Shown here: positions 1 to 10,313 of the stretch, one piece after another
Layout: every line of letters starts with the position of its first letter
Position numbering within the stretch: the first letter of the stretch is position 1
Source: a bacterium
Lineage (GTDB): Bacteria; JADJOY01
Direction: 5' to 3'
Length of the DNA stretch: 55,950 nucleotides
NCBI GenBank assembly: GCA_046331705.1
Contig: JAXLQJ010000049.1
Span: forward strand, 1 to 55,950
The notes under the pieces: model-generated
Seen by the model: only the letters and a program-made list of their open reading frames with translations
The model's database searches: none
What the model was told of the DNA's origin: nothing
Program-made: the position numbers and the translations under genes

Positions 1-110
1 TCTTCCTGCGTCTGCGGGCTCGCGGTCGACGTCCTTCGACACGTCGACGACAGCGAATCAGCACGTTCAGCAGGTCAGCGACCGCTCCACGCGCATCGCA
101 ATCGAATCGG

Positions 111-152
111 ATCGAAAAGATGAGTGACACCATCGAAATGATGAGTGACACC
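111..152. repeat. 21-bp tandem direct repeat (ATCGAAA[A/T]GATGAGTGACACC x2)
   Basis: 111-131 and 132-152 are identical except at one position; each contains the interrupted palindrome GTG-A-CAC. Confidence 0.9.
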
Positions 153-261
153 TGTGCTCCGGTCGTAGGGAGCTGAGGCGAGACCCCTCGGGGGCCGCGC
201 CGAAACCGAGTAGCATCCATGCCACACCCGAAGCGGCGTGTTTGCGCCCCGAGAACGCCCC

Positions 262-3003
262 ATGGACGACCGAAGCAGCTTCTGGACCGAACCGCTGCCG
301 GATGACCTGCACTCCTACGCTGTCCGAGACGTCCTGAAGGACGGCGGGTCGGTGCTGGTGCGCGCGATCCGCCCCGACGACAAGCCCGGTCTGGTGGATC
401 TCTTCCAGAGGCTGAGCCCGCGTTCGATCTACTTCCGGTTCATGGGCACCAAGAAGCGCCTCACCGAGGAAGAGCTGGTGCGCTTCACGGAGCTCGACTT
501 CATCGATCACGTGGGACTGGCGGTGACCCTGCGAGACGTCGAGCGCGAGCACATCATCGGCGTCGGCCGCTACATCGCGATCGCGGGCGCGATCGACGAC
601 GGCCAGCGGCGCGCGGACGTCGCGTTCGCCGTCGACGATTCGCATCAGGGGCGGGGCATCGGCACGCTGCTGCTCGAGCACCTGGCGCGGCTCGCGCGCG
701 CCAACGGCGTCGTGCTCTTCGAGGCCGACGTGCTGGGCGAGAACAACCAGATGCTCGACGTGTTCGCCCACAGCGGCTTTCGCGCCAGTCGCTCGTTCGA
801 GGGCGGCGTCTTCCACGTCTCGTTTCCGGTCTCGGAGACGAGCGCCGTGATCGAGGCCGAGCACGTCCGCGAGCGCCACGCCTCCGCCCAGAGCCTGCAC
901 CCGATCCTCGAGCCGCGCGCGGTGGCGCTGGTGGGCGCCTCGCGCCGCCCGCGCTCGATCGGCCACGCGCTGCTCGCCAACCTCAAGCGCCACGGCTTCC
1001 CGGGGCCGATCTACCCCATCCACCCCGTCGCCAAGCGCATCGCCGGCCTACCCGCGTTTCCACGGGTGAGCGCGGTCGGCCAGCCGATCGACCTGGCCGT
1101 GATCGCGGTGCCGGCGCCGGCCGTCGAGGAGGTCGTGGCGGATTGCGTGCGCGCCGGGGTGCGCGGCGTGGTGGTGATCTCGGCGGGCTTCGCCGAGGTC
1201 TCGAACGAGGGGCGCGCGTGCGAACGGCGGCTGCGCGATCAGATCCGCGAATCCGGGCTTCGGATGGTGGGCCCGAACTGCATGGGCGTGATCAACACCA
1301 ACCCCGCGGCGCCGCTCGACGCGACCTTCGCCGCGTCCACGCCACCCGCCGGGAACGTGGGATTCCTGTCGCAGAGCGGGGCGCTCGGGATCGCGCTCCT
1401 CGACGATGCCAAGCGTCGGGGCCTCGGGATCTCGACCTTCGTGTCCGTGGGCAACAAGGCCGACGTCTCGGGCAACGACCTGCTTGCATACTGGGCGGAA
1501 GACGAACGCACCCAGGTGATCGCGCTCTACCTGGAGAGCTTCGGCAACCCGCGGAAGTTCGCGCGCGTGGCGCCCGAGGTTGCGCGGACCAAGCCGGTCA
1601 TCGCGGTGAAGTCCGGCCGCTCGCGCGCGGGTCGGCGCGCCGCGGCGAGCCATTCGGCGGCGCTCGCCAACTCGGACGTCGCCGTGGATGCGCTCTTCGA
1701 GCAGGCAGGCGTGATTCGCGCCAAGACGCTCGAGGAGCTCTTCGACGTGGCGGCGTTGCTCTCGACTCAACCCTTGCCGCCGGGTCCGCGCGTTGGGATC
1801 GTCACCAACGCGGGCGGTCCGGGGATCTTGCTCGCGGACGCTTGCGAGGACGCGGGCCTGAGCGTCCCGGAGCTCGACCGCGCCACCCGTGCCCAACTCG
1901 CCACGTTCCTCTCGCCGCACGCCGCCACCGCCAATCCCGTCGACACGATCGCCTCCGCCACGGCGCAGCAATTCGGCCGCGCCGTCGAGGTGGTGGGTGC
2001 CGCCGATTCGGTGGATGCCGTGGTGGCGGTGTTCGTGCAACCGTTCGCGGGCTCGCCGGACGACGCCGCAGCGGCGCTGGCGCTGGCGGCGGGTCGCGTA
2101 CCCAAGGAGAAGCCGGTCGTCGCGGTGTTCGTCGGCACGCGCGGGGCTCCACCGGCGATCGCCCAGGGACCGCGAGGGCAGCTTCCGGTCTACGAGTTCC
2201 CCGAGAACGCGGCTCAGGCGCTGGCGGCCGCTCACCGCTACGCCCGCTGGCGGCGGCGGCCGCGCGGCGAGATCTTCCACTTCGATCCCTTCGCAACCAG
2301 CGCCATCCGGGCGGTGGTCGACCGCGTGCTGAGCACGGCGAACGGCCAGCCCGTCTGGGTCAGCGCGATGGACTTGGCCACGCTGTTGCGCGCCGCCGGG
2401 CTCCATCACGCGGAAGCGGTGGTGGCACGCACCGAGAACGCCGGAGTCATGGCCGAAGAGCTCGGCTATCCGTTGGTGGCGAAGGCGATCGCGCCCGGGC
2501 TCGTCCACAAGAGCGACGTGGGTGGCGTGATCGTCGGCCTGCGCTCGCGGTTCGAGGTCGAGCAAGCCGTCACCACGCTGGCGGATCGAATGCGGCGCGC
2601 GGGCACCCAGCTCGAAGCGGTGCTGCTCCAGCGACAGGTGCAGGGCGGGATCGAAGCGCTGGTGGGCGTCACCAGCGAACCGACCTTCGGCCCGCTCGTG
2701 GTCTGCGGCCTCGGCGGCGTGCAGGTGGAGCTGCTGCGCGACGCGGCGTTCCGGCTCACGCCCGTGAGCGACCTGGACGCGGCGGAAATGCTGGAGCGGC
2801 TGCGCAGCAAGAAGCTTCTCGACGGTTACCGGGGCCAGCCCGCCGGCGACCGCGCGGCGCTGGCGCGGGTGATCCAGCGCGTCGCGGCGCTCGTCGAGGT
2901 GGTGCCCGAGCTCACCGATCTCGACCTCAACCCGATCAAGGTGATGCCGCCCGGCGAAGGAACCATCATCGTCGACGCGCGGCTGCAGCTCACGCCGAGC
3001 TGA
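262..3003 (+). CDS. GNAT N-acetyltransferase fused to NDP-forming acyl-CoA synthetase domains (Pat-type protein lysine acetyltransferase, N-terminal GNAT)
   Basis: N-terminal GNAT (AFAVDDSHQGRGIGTLLLEHL), CoA-binding domain (VALVGAS, GPNCMG, SQSGALG, SVGNKAD), NAGGPG, and C-terminal ATP-grasp (HKSDVGGV, DLDLNP). Start is ATG 262 or GTG 238. Confidence 0.9.
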   Translation: MDDRSSFWTEPLPDDLHSYAVRDVLKDGGSVLVRAIRPDDKPGLVDLFQRLSPRSIYFRFMGTKKRLTEEELVRFTELDFIDHVGLAVTLRDVEREHIIGVGRYIAIAGAIDDGQRRADVAFAVDDSHQGRGIGTLLLEHLARLARANGVVLFEADVLGENNQMLDVFAHSGFRASRSFEGGVFHVSFPVSETSAVIEAEHVRERHASAQSLHPILEPRAVALVGASRRPRSIGHALLANLKRHGFPGPIYPIHPVAKRIAGLPAFPRVSAVGQPIDLAVIAVPAPAVEEVVADCVRAGVRGVVVISAGFAEVSNEGRACERRLRDQIRESGLRMVGPNCMGVINTNPAAPLDATFAASTPPAGNVGFLSQSGALGIALLDDAKRRGLGISTFVSVGNKADVSGNDLLAYWAEDERTQVIALYLESFGNPRKFARVAPEVARTKPVIAVKSGRSRAGRRAAASHSAALANSDVAVDALFEQAGVIRAKTLEELFDVAALLSTQPLPPGPRVGIVTNAGGPGILLADACEDAGLSVPELDRATRAQLATFLSPHAATANPVDTIASATAQQFGRAVEVVGAADSVDAVVAVFVQPFAGSPDDAAAALALAAGRVPKEKPVVAVFVGTRGAPPAIAQGPRGQLPVYEFPENAAQALAAAHRYARWRRRPRGEIFHFDPFATSAIRAVVDRVLSTANGQPVWVSAMDLATLLRAAGLHHAEAVVARTENAGVMAEELGYPLVAKAIAPGLVHKSDVGGVIVGLRSRFEVEQAVTTLADRMRRAGTQLEAVLLQRQVQGGIEALVGVTSEPTFGPLVVCGLGGVQVELLRDAAFRLTPVSDLDAAEMLERLRSKKLLDGYRGQPAGDRAALARVIQRVAALVEVVPELTDLDLNPIKVMPPGEGTIIVDARLQLTPS

Positions 3004-3220
3004 CGCGATCGTCGCCGCGCGCGAGCGGGCTGGCGGCGCTACACGAGCGTGGCCATCGCCCGATCCGCTGCGCGCGGCGCGCGATTCCGCGCACGGTCCG
3101 AGATCCCGCCCGAGACGGCTGTGCGCGGCGATCGGCGCTTCGCGCGCTTCCCGCCTAGTCCTACGGCTGGACATCGCGCTCGGATCACGTGTATGGGAAG
3201 ACACCTACGGGAGGTCGAAA

Positions 3221-4615
3221 ATGCCCAACACGATTCTGGGTCCGTTCATCGGCTTGGGGGAGCGCGAGGCGCGAATCTGGCTTCGCGGCATCTCCGGCGA
3301 GACCTATCGCGTGCGCGTGTCGCGCAGCGGCGGCAGCGTCCTCGCCGAGGGCGACATGACCGCAAGCGGTTCCGCGGACACGGCGATGCTGCACGTCGAG
3401 CTTCATCCGAGCACCGCCTACACCGCGGAGGTCTCCGGCCCGGGGCTCGACGTGCCGGTCACGCTCGCGTTTCGAAGTCTTCCGGCTGCAGGCGTGGCCG
3501 CCCCACTGAGGCTGGGGTTTCTCTCTTGTCACCAGCCTTTCCACGACTACGCGGGCAAGAAGCGCACGCTTCACGGCATGCGGCTCGCGAACCGACTCTC
3601 CGAGATGGCTGGCAGCCCGGCGGCGCCCGAGCTGCTCATCCTCTGCGGCGACCAGGTCTACGCGGACGCGCAGGAAGACGCGCTACTCGCCGCCACCACC
3701 GACGACCAACGGCGCGCGCTCTATCGCCAGGTCTACGACACCTACTGGTCGCTGCCCGAATGGCAGCGCCTGCTGCAGGCCTATCCGTCGATCTCGATCT
3801 GGGACGATCACGAGATCCTGGATGGCTGGGGGTCGCGCGGCTTCGAGGCCAAGCACGCTGCCGTGCGCGACGCCGCGGGCTGGGCGTACGACGCCTTTCA
3901 GGGCGCGCGCAATCCGGACCCGATGGTGCCCGGCGGCCGCTTCTACGGGCTGCTCGCCGGTCGCGTCGCCATCGTCGTTCCGGATCTGCGCACCTTCCGC
4001 AGCATCAAGGCGAAGACGCTCCTCGGCCCGGATCAGCTGGGGCGGATTCGCAACTGGCTCGCCGATCGGCGCGGCGCCTACGACACCGTCGTGGTCGTCA
4101 CCAGCGTGCCGGTCGTCCACCTCAAGGGCGCGATCGCCAACCTGCTTCACTCGGACCTGTGGGGCCCCCTCAAGAAGCTGATCCCGGCGCTCGCCGAGAA
4201 GGAGGACGATCTCGCCGACCAATGGACCGACAAGGCTTGGCGTGAGGACGCGCGCGCGTTCCTCGACTTGATGTTCGAGGTGGGAAGCCAAGGCCACGAC
4301 GTCCTCTTCGTCGGTGGCGACGTTCACGTCGGCGGGATGGCCGTGGCGCGCTCGCAGGACCATCCAGCGTGCCCGCGCATCTACCAGGCGACGTCGTCGC
4401 CGATCTCCAACCAGCCGGAGGCCCTGCAGAAGGCCCTCCCGCACTTGCAGGCGGGGTTCTCGTTGGTGGGGCCGTACTCGGGACGGCTGCTCGACGTCAT
4501 CCCCGAGCGGAACGCGGGGATCATCCAGGTGAGGCCCGGCCAGACGCCGCGGTTGGTGGTGCAGCACCTGGTGGATCGCGAGCCCGAGCTGCGCGAGCTG
4601 GTCATCGCGAGCTGA
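3221..4615 (+). CDS. PhoD-like (alkaline phosphatase D family) metallophosphatase
   Basis: Motifs FLSC, GDQVYAD, IWDDHEI, DLRTFR, GDVH; GGAGG RBS upstream; no clear signal peptide. Confidence 0.85.
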   Translation: MPNTILGPFIGLGEREARIWLRGISGETYRVRVSRSGGSVLAEGDMTASGSADTAMLHVELHPSTAYTAEVSGPGLDVPVTLAFRSLPAAGVAAPLRLGFLSCHQPFHDYAGKKRTLHGMRLANRLSEMAGSPAAPELLILCGDQVYADAQEDALLAATTDDQRRALYRQVYDTYWSLPEWQRLLQAYPSISIWDDHEILDGWGSRGFEAKHAAVRDAAGWAYDAFQGARNPDPMVPGGRFYGLLAGRVAIVVPDLRTFRSIKAKTLLGPDQLGRIRNWLADRRGAYDTVVVVTSVPVVHLKGAIANLLHSDLWGPLKKLIPALAEKEDDLADQWTDKAWREDARAFLDLMFEVGSQGHDVLFVGGDVHVGGMAVARSQDHPACPRIYQATSSPISNQPEALQKALPHLQAGFSLVGPYSGRLLDVIPERNAGIIQVRPGQTPRLVVQHLVDREPELRELVIAS

Positions 4616-4662
4616 GACCCGCGCAGCTCGGTTCGGATCGGTTCACACTCGGGTTTTTCTTC
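4616..4662 (+). terminator. possible intrinsic terminator
   Basis: GACCCG...CGGGTT imperfect stem followed by a T-rich run directly after the stop codon. Confidence 0.3.
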
Positions 4663-4811
4663 ATTCGACGGGAGGCGGATCTCGTCGCTCGGCCCGCGTG
4701 GGCTCGGTTGCGAGCATTCCGGCGACAGGCGTACACTTCGAGCATGTCTCGAACCGCCTGTCGCGGCGGCATCCGCGTTGTCAGCGCCGATCAACTCGCG
4801 AAGGGGATCCG

Positions 4812-5524
4812 ATGTGTTCCGCAGCTCGCATGCGTGACCACCGGTGTTACGCATGGCTCGTGGTTTGCGCGTTCTGGCCGCTCGATCCGGTGGTCGTAGT
4901 CCGCGCGCAGCCCGTTCCGAATGGCGCGGAATTCCAGGTCAACACCTACACGACGGGTGACCAAGGTTTCCCGGCGTTGGCACGGGACTCGAACGGAGAC
5001 TTCGTGGTCGTGTGGCGAAGCTCCGTCTTGACGGCTTCGAGCATCCGCGGCCAGGGGTTTCGCGCGGATGGCTCGCACGCGGGCGGCGAGTCTCAAGTGA
5101 ACACGTACACGAATGGCGGCTCCGGCCAGCCAGACGTGGCGTCCACCGGCGCTGGTGGCTTCATCGCCACCTGGATGAGCTCCCTGTCGTCAGGTGGGGA
5201 CACGAGCGACGCGAGCATCCAAGCGCAACGGTACGACGCGAGCGGTGCGGTGGGGGGCCGTTTCTCGTGAGCTCGTACACCAGCGGGATGCAGCGCGACC
5301 CTCAGGTTGCGGCCGATGGCCGTGGGAACTTCGTGGTGGTGGGGTCGAGCGATGGGTCGACGGGTGACGACTCCACGACTTGCAGCGTCCGTGCTGAGCG
5401 GTACCGTGCCAATGGCTCGAGCCTCGGCGCCGAGTTCCAGGCCAATACCTACACCACGGGCGACCAAGCGACGCCGTCCGTCGCGAGCGATGTCGACCGG
5501 AATCTCGTGATCGGCGTCGAGGAC
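4812..5524 (+). pseudogene. frameshifted, truncated EFQVNTYT-repeat secreted protein
   Basis: Signal-like N-terminus and 2 repeats in the 4698-5270 frame; frame switch at the G6 run 5252-5257; 2 more degenerate repeats in the 5012 frame; no C-terminal tail; runs into the next gene's signal peptide. Confidence 0.7.
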
Positions 5525-6868
5525 GTGCCCGGACGGAAGTGGCGTCGCCGACTGGCGCGTGCCGCCATCGTCCTCGCTGCGGCGACGTTCGGTACCGCGG
5601 CGATCGCCAACGCCCAGTTTCTCGCGAACGGCCCGCAGTTCCAGGTGAATGGATTCACCACCGGGAATCAGGCCGCCAGTGTCGTCTGTGCGGATCCGAG
5701 CGGTGGCTTCGTCGTGCTGTGGCAAAGCACCGGGTCGCGCGGGTCGGACATCAGTGGCTGGAGCGTGCAGCGCCGGCACTACTCGGAGCATGGCGAATCC
5801 GTGTCGGGCGACCTTCAGGTGAACACGTTCACCACGGGCAGCCAGTACCTGTCGGACGTGGCGCGGGATCCCTTGGGCGGCTTCCTGGTGGTGTGGCAGA
5901 GCCAGGGCTCGAGCGGCACCGATACCAGCGGCACGAGCGTTCTCGCGCAACGCTATGACGCGAATGGGCAGCCCTGGGGCGGTGAGCTCCAGGTCAACAC
6001 GCTCACCGCGAACGATCAGAAGGCCGGCTCGCTCGCATTCGATGGCTCCGGGAACGCCCTGGTGGTGTGGATGAGCGGCGGCGTTCCCGGCGACGGCACC
6101 ATCGCCACGATCCACGGGCAGGGTTACGACCCTTCTGGCGTTCCGCTCGGTTCCGAATTCCAAGTGAACGCCGTCACGTCGAACCATCAGGTGTACCCGC
6201 ACGTCGCCGCGGACTCGTCCGGGACGTTCCTCGTGGTCTGGGAGAACCGGGTTCCGACGTGGCCAGCGCTGAGCACGATTCGCGGGCGGCGCTTCCTCGC
6301 CGACGGCACGCCCCTCGCGGGCGAGTTTCAGGTCGCCAGCTACACCGCGCCCAGCGCCTTCTCGCCGGTCGTGACCGCGGACGATGCGGGAGTCTTCGTG
6401 GTGGCGTGGGCGAGCGATGGCTCGAAGGACGGCGATACCAGCCTCACCAGCATCCAGGCGCGTCGCTTCCACGCGGACGGTTCCGCGCTCGGCAAGCAGT
6501 TCCAGGTGAACAGCGACACGCTCGGGTACCAGCGCGGCCCGCGCCTGGCCGCCGATCCCGGAGGAGGGTTCGTGGTCGCATGGACCGGCGAGGTCGGCTA
6601 TGCGGCGCAAGAGATCCGGGCGCAACGCTACCGGAGCGACGGGACGAAGCAGGGCGGCGAGCACACGATCGCCGACTGGCACGACGGGCCGGGGGCGCCC
6701 GCGATGGGCATGAGCCCTTCCGGTGATTTCATCGTCACGTGGACGTCCGCGTTCTCTAGCGGCACCGACACCAGCTCGACGAGCGTCCAGGCGCAGCGTT
6801 TCGATGGCCTCTTCCGTGACGATTTCGATGCTGGGAACCTCTCTCGCTGGTCCACGACGTCACCGTAG
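5525..6868 (+). CDS. secreted 7-repeat (EFQVNTYT-type) probable beta-propeller protein with C-terminal LFRDDFDAG..W tail
   Basis: Internal signal peptide RKWRRRLARAAIVLAAATFGTAAIANA-Q; seven ~60-aa repeats (FQVN..Q-P-VA-D--G-F-VVW...AQRYD); GTG start approximate. Confidence 0.8.
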   Translation: MPGRKWRRRLARAAIVLAAATFGTAAIANAQFLANGPQFQVNGFTTGNQAASVVCADPSGGFVVLWQSTGSRGSDISGWSVQRRHYSEHGESVSGDLQVNTFTTGSQYLSDVARDPLGGFLVVWQSQGSSGTDTSGTSVLAQRYDANGQPWGGELQVNTLTANDQKAGSLAFDGSGNALVVWMSGGVPGDGTIATIHGQGYDPSGVPLGSEFQVNAVTSNHQVYPHVAADSSGTFLVVWENRVPTWPALSTIRGRRFLADGTPLAGEFQVASYTAPSAFSPVVTADDAGVFVVAWASDGSKDGDTSLTSIQARRFHADGSALGKQFQVNSDTLGYQRGPRLAADPGGGFVVAWTGEVGYAAQEIRAQRYRSDGTKQGGEHTIADWHDGPGAPAMGMSPSGDFIVTWTSAFSSGTDTSSTSVQAQRFDGLFRDDFDAGNLSRWSTTSP

Positions 6869-8260
6869 ATGATCCGACTCGGCTCGATCCGGATTCCTCG
6901 TCGGCAGGCCCCGCGCGAGCGGCGCCCCACGCGACCGGCGCTGTGGCTGGCCGCGTGCGCCCTCGCGGTGGCGACACGTGCGAACGCCCAGGATTCGGCC
7001 CACGGCCCGCCCTTCCGCATCAACACCTACACCCTCGGCGACCAGCGGGATGCCGGTGCAAGCGTCGACGGCGACGGGCGGTTCGTGGTGGTGTGGCAGA
7101 GCGTCGGCTCGACCGGAACCGATGGTGACGGCACCAGCATCCAGCGACGACGCTACGACGCGAAAGGCGAGCCGCTCGGCGACGAGCAGCAGGTCAACGC
7201 GCTCACCACCGGCGCCCAGTTGCTTCCACAGGTGGCGAGCGATCCACAAGGCGGCTTCGTGGTGGTGTGGCAGAGCGCCGTCTCGGGAGCCACCGACACC
7301 GACGGTTACAGCATCCAGGCCCGACGCTTCGATGCCGACGGCAACCCGCTCGGCGGCCAGTTTCAGGTCAACACCGGGACCAAGGGCGATCAGACGGAGC
7401 CCGCGATCGCCAGCGACGAGAGCGGCAACTTCGTGGTCGCGTGGACCAGCGTTCCGTCTTCCAGCAGCGGCGGTGCCTATGGACGAATCTTCGCGCAACG
7501 CTTCGTCGCCGACGGCACGCCCGCGGGCGCCGAGCTCGCGATCAGCTCGTTCACCAAGGTGGGTCTCAAGAACCCCGCCGTGGCGTGCAGCCCGTGGGGG
7601 GATTTCGTGGTGACCTGGCTGAGCGAGGACTCGCCGGGCACGGATACCAGCAGCACCTGCATCCTCGCCCGGCGTTTCCTCGCCGACGGCACGCCGAAGG
7701 CCGCCGACTTCCAGGTGAACACCTACACGCGAGCGGATCAGCGATTTCCCGCGGTGGCGGTCGATGGCTCGGGTGCCTTCGTCGTCGCGTGGCAGGGATT
7801 TCTCGACGCGCCGGGATACACCAACGACGGCATCCACGCCCGCCAATTCGCCGCCGACGGCTCGCCGCGCGCCGACGAGTTCGCGGTCAGCGCCGTCTCG
7901 CCGTTCGATCGATCGCGGCCGAAGATCGCCATCGACTCGGGCGGCAACTTCGCGATTCTGTGGGTGAGTGATGCCTGGTATCCGCCCTATCCGGCAGCGA
8001 GCATCCAGGCACGGCGCTTCCGCGAGAGCGGCGAGCCGCTCGGCGACGAGTTTCAGGCGAGCACGTACGCGTTCGGCTCGGCATCGAGCCCCGCCGTGGC
8101 GAGCGATCCGGACGGCAACTTCGTCGTCGCCTGGTTCCGCGACCACGCGACCGGTACCGATTTCGACGGCGAAGACGTGCAAGGCCAACTCTTCGATGCG
8201 CTCTTCCGGGATGACTTCGACGACGGCAGCCTTGCGCGCTGGTCCGCGACGTTCCCGTAG
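6869..8260 (+). CDS. secreted 7-repeat (EFQVNTYT-type) probable beta-propeller protein with C-terminal LFRDDFDDG..W tail
   Basis: Signal peptide ending ANA-Q; seven repeats; ATG directly abuts the upstream TAG. Confidence 0.85.
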   Translation: MIRLGSIRIPRRQAPRERRPTRPALWLAACALAVATRANAQDSAHGPPFRINTYTLGDQRDAGASVDGDGRFVVVWQSVGSTGTDGDGTSIQRRRYDAKGEPLGDEQQVNALTTGAQLLPQVASDPQGGFVVVWQSAVSGATDTDGYSIQARRFDADGNPLGGQFQVNTGTKGDQTEPAIASDESGNFVVAWTSVPSSSSGGAYGRIFAQRFVADGTPAGAELAISSFTKVGLKNPAVACSPWGDFVVTWLSEDSPGTDTSSTCILARRFLADGTPKAADFQVNTYTRADQRFPAVAVDGSGAFVVAWQGFLDAPGYTNDGIHARQFAADGSPRADEFAVSAVSPFDRSRPKIAIDSGGNFAILWVSDAWYPPYPAASIQARRFRESGEPLGDEFQASTYAFGSASSPAVASDPDGNFVVAWFRDHATGTDFDGEDVQGQLFDALFRDDFDDGSLARWSATFP

Positions 8261-8309
8261 CGCCAGGCCGTCCTGCGTCTCGGCGCTGCAGCGAAATCGT
8301 TTCCGGGAC

Positions 8310-10313
8310 ATGAAGGCACGCGTGCGGTTCCGAGCGTGGTGCGCGCTCGCGCTCGCGCTCTTCTGCGGCTGCTCGCGGGCCGCACCACGCACGCTGGTGA
8401 TCGGCTTCGACGGTCTCGATCCGGTCGCCGTCGACCTCCTGCTCTCGGAAGGGAAGCTTCCCAACCTCGCGCGGCTTCGGAGCGAGGGCGCCTACGGACG
8501 CTTGCGCTCGTTCACTCCGATGCTTTCGCCGATCCTGTGGACCACCATCGCGACCGGACGCACTCCGGAAGCGCACGGGATCGGACACTTCGTGGCGCGC
8601 GATCCGGCGACGGGCGAGTCGTTGCCGGTGACCAGCGACATGCGTCGCGTGCGGGCGCTGTGGGATGTCCTTTCCGACCGCGGCCGCTCGACGGCGCTGG
8701 TGGGCTGGTGGGCCACGTGGCCGCCGGAGCCGATCCGTGGCTGGGTGGTCTCCGATCATCTCGCGTACCACTTCCTCTTCGGCGACGGGCTGGCGGGCGG
8801 CGATACCACCGTGAAGACCTCGCCGCCCGAGCTCGAGGCCCAGCTCGCACCGCTGGTGGTACGCCCGCTGGCCATCGGCCGCGCCGAGCTGGCGCCGTTC
8901 GCCGATCTCGCGGGTGTCTCCGACGAGGAGCTCGCGCGTCCGCTCATCCTGAGCGACGACCTCGCCCATCTACGCTGGCTCGTAGCCACGGCCGAGAGCT
9001 ATCGCCGCATCGGCCTCGAGCTCTGGAACCGGAACCGCCCGGACGTGGCGATGATCTATTTCGAGGGCACCGATTCGGTGGCGCACCTCTTCGGCCATCT
9101 GTTTCGCGCGCACGATCTCGCCGGCGAGCTGGCTGCGCAGCAGGCGCGCTACGGCCATGCGGTGGAGGCGATGTACCAGCGCGCCGACGCCATCCTGGGC
9201 GATTTCCTGGCGGCAGCGGATTCCGCTACCACCGTGCTCGTGCTCTCCGATCATGGCTTTCGCCTCGGCGAGCTGCCCGACGATCCCACGCGGTTGCGCG
9301 ACATGCGCCGCGTGTCCGAGCGGTTCCACCGCGAGCAAGGCGTGCTCTACGCCTGGGGACGCGGCGTGCGTGCCGGCGCACGCTTCGACGCCGCAACGCT
9401 GCTCGACGTCGCTCCCACGGTGCTTGCGCTGCAAGGGCTGCCTGCGTCGCGGGAGATGCCGGGGCGCGTGCTCACCGAGGGCTTCGTACGGCTGGCCGTT
9501 CCCGAGCGCGTGGCCACGTTCGAGTCGTCGCCGCGGCCGGCTGCTGGCGAAGTCGCGCCGCGACAACGCGACGAAGCCATCGAGGGCCCGCTCCGCGAGC
9601 ACCTGGGCAGCCTGGGTTACCTCGGCGCGCCCAACGTGGCGGCGGGTGGGGGCAGCGCGCAGCACCCGGCTGGTGTCACCACTCCCGAGGCCGAGCGAAA
9701 CCTCGCGGGCATCGCCTTCGAGTCCGGGCGCTACGAAGAAGCCGAGCGTCGCTATCGCGCGCTGGTCACTGCTGCTCCCGACGACGCGGGGCTGCACTCG
9801 AGCCTGGCGGGCGTGCTGGGCGTGCTCGGCCGCTACGACGAGGCCATGCGCGAGATCGACGCCGCGTTGGCGCTCGATCCGATCAACGCGGAGGGCTACC
9901 ACAACAAGGGCGTGCTCCTGGAACGACTCGGCCGCACCGGCGAAGCGATCGCCGAGTACCAGACCGCGATTCGCTACCGGCCGGATTTCGAGGCGTCGCG
10001 GCGCGCGCTCGTGCGTCTGACGGGAAACGCCGACGTACGAGTCGCCACCAATGACACGGAAGCGCGCGCGATGGCGCTTTGCGAAGCGGCATCGGACGCG
10101 GCGCGAAGGGGCGCCTACGCCGAGGCACTCGCCAAGCTCGACGAGGCCAAGCGCTTGGCTCCGTCGCTGGCGCTCGTCTTCCAGTACGAGTCGAACGTGG
10201 CGTACCTCGCCGGCGATCGACCGCGCGCGATCGCGGCGCTCGAGCAAGCCGTGTCGCTCGAGCCGGAGAACGCGCTCTTCCGGCACAACCTCGACAGCCT
10301 GAAGAAGCCCTGA
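8310..10313 (+). CDS. alkaline phosphatase superfamily (phosphodiesterase/nucleotide pyrophosphatase-like) lipoprotein with C-terminal TPR repeats
   Basis: Lipobox-like LALFCGC; LVIGFDGLD, SPILWTTIATG, TDSVAHLF, VLSDHGF, LLDVAPTVL, LGSLGY; TPRs follow. Confidence 0.85.
   Translation: MKARVRFRAWCALALALFCGCSRAAPRTLVIGFDGLDPVAVDLLLSEGKLPNLARLRSEGAYGRLRSFTPMLSPILWTTIATGRTPEAHGIGHFVARDPATGESLPVTSDMRRVRALWDVLSDRGRSTALVGWWATWPPEPIRGWVVSDHLAYHFLFGDGLAGGDTTVKTSPPELEAQLAPLVVRPLAIGRAELAPFADLAGVSDEELARPLILSDDLAHLRWLVATAESYRRIGLELWNRNRPDVAMIYFEGTDSVAHLFGHLFRAHDLAGELAAQQARYGHAVEAMYQRADAILGDFLAAADSATTVLVLSDHGFRLGELPDDPTRLRDMRRVSERFHREQGVLYAWGRGVRAGARFDAATLLDVAPTVLALQGLPASREMPGRVLTEGFVRLAVPERVATFESSPRPAAGEVAPRQRDEAIEGPLREHLGSLGYLGAPNVAAGGGSAQHPAGVTTPEAERNLAGIAFESGRYEEAERRYRALVTAAPDDAGLHSSLAGVLGVLGRYDEAMREIDAALALDPINAEGYHNKGVLLERLGRTGEAIAEYQTAIRYRPDFEASRRALVRLTGNADVRVATNDTEARAMALCEAASDAARRGAYAEALAKLDEAKRLAPSLALVFQYESNVAYLAGDRPRAIAALEQAVSLEPENALFRHNLDSLKKP

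Noticed and set aside
5012-5524. N-terminal extension of the 618-aa ORF
   Set aside because: The first ~80 aa are off-frame junk and an internal signal peptide starts near 5525; treated as a pseudogene plus a separate gene
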